Positions 56,767 through 64,000 of a DNA stretch of 64,000 bases are shown here, in pieces; the stretch's first letter is position 1, and each line of letters opens with the position of its first letter. The position numbers and the translations under genes were made by a program. Where the stretch lies: the NCBI RefSeq assembly GCF_009914755.1, contig NC_060947.1; one strand, 5' to 3'. Source of the stretch: the human T2T-CHM13v2.0 reference genome, Homo sapiens. The notes beneath the pieces were generated by a model, which saw nothing but the letters and a program-made list of their open reading frames with translations, did not search any database and was not told the DNA's origin.

Positions 56767-56955
56767 CAGTGGTTTTCAAAATGTAGTCCATAGACAGCAA
56801 CATCAACATTTTTTGGAAACTTGTTAGAAATGAAAAATTCTTGGATCCCATCTCAGATCTACTGAATCAGAAATTCTAGGGGTGGTGCCCAGCAATGTGT
56901 GTTTTAACAAGCCCTTTAGGAGATTATGATGCGTCTTTAAGCTTGAGAACACCTC
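56767..56955. mobile_element. MER5A hAT-Charlie element
   Basis: CAGTGGTTTTCAAAATGT...CTTGTTAGAAATG...CTACTGAATCAGAAA...TTTTAACAAGCCCT. Confidence 0.9.
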
Positions 56956-57087
56956 ATATTAGACAACTTAATTAGTCATTGTTGTCTTGACTTCCAAATC
57001 TATTTAACTCTGAAAAGCTGTTAGAAATCCACAGTCCACTTTCAGCTTGGAGTTTTTAGATTTTGATTGGCCAAGCGAGATGACACA

Positions 57088-57346
57088 GGCCAGGCGCGGT
57101 GGCTCACGCCTGTAATCCCAGCACTTTGGGAGGCTGAGGCCGGCGGATTGCCTGAGTCCAGGCAAAAACCCATATCTACCAAAAACAATACAAAAATTAA
57201 CTGGGAGTGGTGGTGCGTGCCTGTGGTCTCAGCTACTCAGGAGGCCAAGGTGGGAGGATGGCTTGAGCCCAGGAAGCTGAGATTGCAATGAGCTGGGACC
57301 ATGCCACTGCACTCCAGCCTGGGCGACAGAGTGAGACCCTGTCTCT
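57088..57346 (+). mobile_element. AluJ with internal deletion and eroded tail
   Basis: GGAGGATGGCTTGAGCCCAGG, GACCCTGTCTC; the left arm lacks AGTTCGAGACCAGCCTGG. Confidence 0.9.
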
Positions 57347-58215
57347 GAAGAAACTTTTAGGAAATACCATCGCCATTTTTAATTACTAGTATTTAATTGC
57401 TTTTTGTAACTGCCAACAAGAGCTGGTTTTAAACTTTCTTTCTGTAACCTTTAAATTATCCATATGTCATACATTCAATACTTGTGGGTCTTAATAAATG
57501 GAATATACACACCATAGATCAATCTGCTTTTTCTCCCTATTGTCTATTTGTTAAAGACATTTCATTTGCCATTTTCCTATAAGAAATAGTTTAAAACTAC
57601 GTTGTGCTGCAAGTTACTTTTAAAAAATCTTGCTTCTCACCATATTCCTAACAGCCCACCAGCCCAAGTTTTAGAGTGATGTTACTACATTCTGAACTTC
57701 TGGCATGCTGCCCAACTGAGCCCCAGGCAGTAAATTCTTTTCATCAGGCTTTGGTTCTTGATATCAGTCTAACAATGTGCTACATCCTGAGAGCCCCACA
57801 TATCTTCATTGAATTACAAGCTTTAGCATTACACAGTCATTGATTTTACTTTTCCCGGAATGATTTGATCCTAGTAACAATTTATGAGTGTGAAATTGAG
57901 GACAAATAGCCTATCAAAGCAGCAAATTAATAGAGTCATACCTATGAAATTTAGGCATGTTTATTTTTTTAAGAGAGCTGAAAATCAGGTATGTATAGAT
58001 TCACTAGGTTAATGGACTTTACTTTCTGTTGCAGATATCCGCTTCCATAAATGGTTACTTATTAGTAAGAGGTAGTAGGGGATGCCATGTGTTTCCAAAA
58101 GAGACTCTATGTATTCTCATCCATTTTTATATCTTGAATGAAAGAAGCTCAAAAGAGTACTAGATTTGAAATCCAAATATCTGATTGTGTATCTTATTAT
58201 GTATCTTATATATTG

Positions 58216-58220
<5 letters not shown>

Positions 58221-58262
<42 letters not shown>
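58221..58262. repeat. (CA)21 microsatellite
   Basis: Direct observation. Confidence 0.96.
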
Positions 58263-58263
<1 letters not shown>

Positions 58264-58420
58264 GGTTGGTCATTGCTGTCACCATTCTACAAATGAGAAA
58301 AACAAAGGCTCAGAGAGAGTAAGTGAAAGCCCAAGGTCACAGCTAATACTTGATTTAAAACTTGATAGTTTTTCTCAACATAACCTCTCAAAAAGTATGG
58401 GATAGTCTTATATTCTAGAT

Positions 58421-58800
58421 CAGAAGTCAGCCAACTTTTTCTATAAAGGGCTGGATAATAAATATTTAAGCTTTGTGGCCCATATGATCTCTGCTCAAAT
58501 ATTCACCTCTGACATTGCAGTGGGAAAATAGCTGTGGACAATATGTAAATTAAAAGATTTGGCTGTGAACCAATTAAACTTTATTTACGAAACCCAGGTG
58601 GTGGGCCAACTTTGACTTTTGGGCCAGTAGTTTGTCTACCCCTCTTTTAGACCCCTTGCTTCTCAAACTTTAATGTACATAAAAATCTCCTTGACAGTCT
58701 TGTTATAATGCAGATTCTGACTCCATCGATCTAGGTTGGGGTCCAAAAATCTCCTGTCAGCTGATGCTAGATTCTGCTAGTCCGTAAAACCACACTTTGA
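58421..58800. mobile_element. MER58A (58421-58645) abutting a MER5-type element (58651-58800)
   Basis: CAACTTTTTCTATAAAGGGC...CCAATTAAACTTTATTTAC; TTCTCAAACTTTAATGTACAT...AATGCAGATTCTGA. Confidence 0.85.
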
Positions 58801-59084
58801 GTGTAAAGTTAGACTTTAGAAAGCCTTTCATATTACCAGACATTTTCTCAATAACATCAATTTAAACAACAGTCATGTTTGAGGAAGACACTATAGTCTG
58901 AAATTACCTTGGCCGCAAAGCTGTTGAGATGTTTAAAAAAATTTAAACAGATTAAGGAAGTATTAGGGTATAACCTCACAAAGGTAATTGTTGGAGATCT
59001 TTGTAAATAAGCATTTTACAACCTACTTTTGAAAGCCATACAGTAAGTGCTTACGTTGTGAAGACAACAAGTATATACTTAGAG

Positions 59085-59397
59085 CAGTGGTCCCAGAACT
59101 GTTTGTCACCAGGAAGCAGTTTCATGGAAGACAGTTTTTCCACAGGTGTGGGAAGGGGGTTCCGGATGAAACTATCCCACCTCAAATCATCAGGCATTAG
59201 ATTCTCATAAGGAGCACGCAACCTAGATCCCTCACTTGTGCAGTTCACAATAGAGTTCACGCTCCTATGAGAATCTAATGTCACTGCTGATCTGACAGGA
59301 GGAGGAGCTCAGGCAGTAATGCTTGCTCACTGGCCGCTCACCTCCTGCTGCGCGGCCTGGTTCCTAACGGGCCACGGACTGATACTGGTCCATGGCC
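59085..59397 (+). mobile_element. MER1B hAT-Charlie element, right end missing
   Basis: GTTTCATGGAAGACA...CAGGCATTAGATTCTCATAAGGAGC...GAGAATCTAATG...TACTGGTCCATGGCC. Confidence 0.92.
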
Positions 59398-60059
<662 letters not shown>

Positions 60060-60063
60060 TTAA

Positions 60064-60700
<637 letters not shown>

Positions 60701-60714
60701 TTTTATATTTGCTC

Positions 60715-61072
60715 GGGATTCTGAAATCTGGGCAGAATTTGTTGGGGATGATTTATCTATACTCTACGGCATGGCCTGGAGTCCCCAAGCATTTGAGGGT
60801 TTGGCTGGATCTCTTATGTTCGAGATAGCCTCTCCTCTTTATCATTCAGTGATCTAGCCCAAGCTTTATTACTACAGGATGGTATCTGGCTTCCAAGAGT
60901 GAACTGTCAAGTAGTATAAGGCCAACTATGCAAGCATCAAGCTTTTGCTTGTGTAATACTTGCTACACTTCCATTGGCCAAAGCAAGTCGCAAGCCTAAG
61001 CCCAGATGGGAAAGAGACTACAGAATTGCACGTCACGGTTCACTGGGGGCCACAAATGTCACAGTCTACAAC
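60715..61072 (-). mobile_element. MLT1I/J-like MaLR LTR fragment
   Basis: CCATTGGCCAAAGCAAGTC...AAGCCCAGA. Confidence 0.65.
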
Positions 61073-61218
61073 ACATACTGATGTCAAAGAGAGATGAAGA
61101 GTTGAAATACAGTTGCTTCATGTGATTTGAATAAGAAAAAAACAACATATTTAAATCAATAATATTTATATAACATGTATTTAAATATATAATTGAGTTT
61201 TTAAAATATATCAGGTAA

Positions 61219-61600
<382 letters not shown>

Positions 61601-63169
61601 TAAAACACCTCACTGCAAAGAAATGGGGGACTGACTTATATTTAGGGTCCCATTATAGTCTTAGCTGTGTTATCTAAGACAAACTACTGAACTTCTGTTT
61701 CTTCTTTTCTAAAACAGGTTTACATTGGTCTTGTGATGGTGGTGGGGATTGGAAGAAAGCAGGTATTGGAACTAATTTAGGAATGAGACCAAGATATAGA
61801 AAAGTAGTTCTGGAAAGTAGAAAAATGTACTTTTTTTTTTTTACTTTGTGTTTCCATGCTTCAAATTAGTAGAATAAGGTAAGTCTGTAAGTCTCTATAG
61901 AGACAGAATGATCATCATAATAAATATGATAACATTTATAAATATTATTTACATAGCAAAGGTCTATGTAAAAGTAAAGCATTATTATAAAATTTTGAAA
62001 AAGGCTTAGAAAACCTTGGTTTTAGCCTTCAGCACAACCACACTACACATTTTTTAGGGCAGGATGGTTGTATTCATCTCCTCCTTAATAAAAACATTTG
62101 CCCAGAGCACGTAGTTAATACATATTTATTTGCTAGATTGAAAGTAGACATCATAACATCTAAATATTATCCAATTGTTTTCCTATTGCTAGAAAACAGG
62201 AAGCACTGATGTTTTTGTGCTCTCATCAAACCAAAGCATGCACACACACACACACACAGAATTGTGAAAAATATTTGTATCTTAGAATTTCTTGTAAATA
62301 TCTAGTCACTTATATTAACTCATTGCTTATAAGATAATTTAATTAACAAAATAATAATTAAACATCACTGTTGACAAAAAAATCATAATGACGTGCTATA
62401 GTGTGTAAGGACTTTTTAAAATGATTTTACCTTCAAAGTTCTCACATATTTGTAAATCAAATAACGTGTCAGGATGCTGTCAAATCAACTGGTTAGGAGT
62501 CATTCAGTTAACTTACTCTTCACTCAACTATCCCTGCATGATTACTGAGTATTGAAATGTCCTCTATTACTATTGGCAATAAAAGAGGTCAAGCTTTCAA
62601 TTTGAAATATATTGGAGTTGACTTTTCAAGAGCATGTAAATATGAAATAAACCTTATTTATATTTATGTATTAAATTTTGCAAAGTGACATGCACACATG
62701 AATAACATGTATTCCACAATGAACACCTGAATTTTAGGAGCAAGGAGTCCTTTTTTTCATTTGTTTTTAAAAGCCTTTTATGTATCTCAAACATATTCAT
62801 CATACACATCAATTTATCAACTTAATTGATTCTCCCATACAACTTTTACTATCAATTTTTAAAACTCACAAGAATTTTATGGGCAGCTTTCACTAGTCAT
62901 CACTATTTGAAAGTAGAATAAAAACCGGGGGAAAAAAATCACTTAGGGAAGATTAAACCGGTAAAAATGGTCAAGAACAATAGTTCAGTAATATCCTAAT
63001 CATATTAACATGATGCTATGACTTTTCTATTTGTATTTTTAAAGTTGATTTTATTTTAAATTAAAGGAAAAGTAAACAAAAAAAGGAAACCCGTTTCACA
63101 TCAAATAAATGATTCTTTTATAGAGGACATATTATATCCTAAAACAGCCACCTAAACTTAAAAAATAGA

Positions 63170-64000
63170 TTTTGGAAAACATTAAGAACTTGGAGTCATT
63201 ACGTATATTTAATCCTTGTTTCAGTTAAGATAATATCCATCAACTTGCTACTGTGAAAGATGAGAATATTAGTGCTCACTTTCTCCCACCCACCTCTTGA
63301 TCTCTATACAAATTGTTACATTATCATGATCTATAAATTTTACATTCTGTTCTGCAACCATAGCTCCCACAATTGTTTATTATTAATTCTATTGTAAAGT
63401 GATATAATCATTTAATTTATTTTATTGATTCTCTTCCCAGATCTTCATTTTATTTTATTCAATTTTCCGAGATATAAATTATTGCTCCCCCAAACACAAA
63501 AGATAACAAAAAAATGCTAATGAGTATTCTACTCCTTTAGTTCTTTTATAATCGAAAATGGCTGTGGTCTTGATACTACAGTGATCCTGTATGTGATAAT
63601 CAATTTTACAATTACAGTTACCTTCAGAAATGTGTGGCCATTGGTCTGGATTTTTCCTCTTCAAAGTGATTTAAATTTTATGCTTGAATAACTAAACAAT
63701 TGTTTATCCTTCCATTTCAATAATTTAACCAGACAATGTCTTAGCGTTTCTTGGAATATGGTGCTTTTTCCAATTTTGGATTGGTCTTTCATTTCAGAGA
63801 ACTTGTTGTATATGTTTAAATCTTTGTTATTGGATTCCCTGATTCAGGTACATGGATTACTTTTATTTTGAATCATAATTGTCTACTTTCCATATCTATT
63901 ATTTTTTCTGTAATTGTTTTAATCTTTTTATTTATTGTTATCTGCATTGACTATGATTGTATTAGCCATCTTTCCATGTTAGTCATTCAATTTTTGTCAG
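63170..64000 (-). mobile_element. Old L1ME-type fragment
   Basis: T-rich antisense L1 ORF1/inter-ORF-like sequence (TAATTTAACCAGACAATGTCTTAG, TCTTTCATTTCAGAGAA). Confidence 0.55.

Overview
Primate (very probably human) AT-rich intergenic or intronic DNA. I find no supportable protein-coding exon, RNA gene or CpG island. The ORF-track entries are Alu, L1 or LTR read-throughs or chance ORFs. Much of the window is interspersed repeat: about 19 Alus (J, S, Y), old L1M/HAL1 and young L1PA fragments, L2, MIR, MaLR/ERVL/ERV1 solo LTRs (MLT1, THE1, LTR16/33/40-like, MER51) and DNA transposons (MER1B, MER5, MER58, MER91, MER94, Tigger4/MER46, piggyBac MER75). Four signals deserve follow-up. (1) A ~1.1 kb GC-richer block at 22.2-23.3 kb whose minus strand shows decayed RT, CCHC and restriction-like-endonuclease motifs in the expected order, suggesting an ancient R4/NeSL-type LINE relic; it also carries intron-like splice signals. 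(2) An anciently duplicated ~260 bp non-repeat module at 11.0 and 12.6 kb rich in hepatic/endodermal TF motifs. (3) A fold-back inverted duplication across an LTR40/MLT1D junction. (4) A twin-primed L1PA with an Alu in its tail, nested in an L1MC. Repeat family names come from recalled consensus sequences, not from a database run, and most boundaries are approximate.
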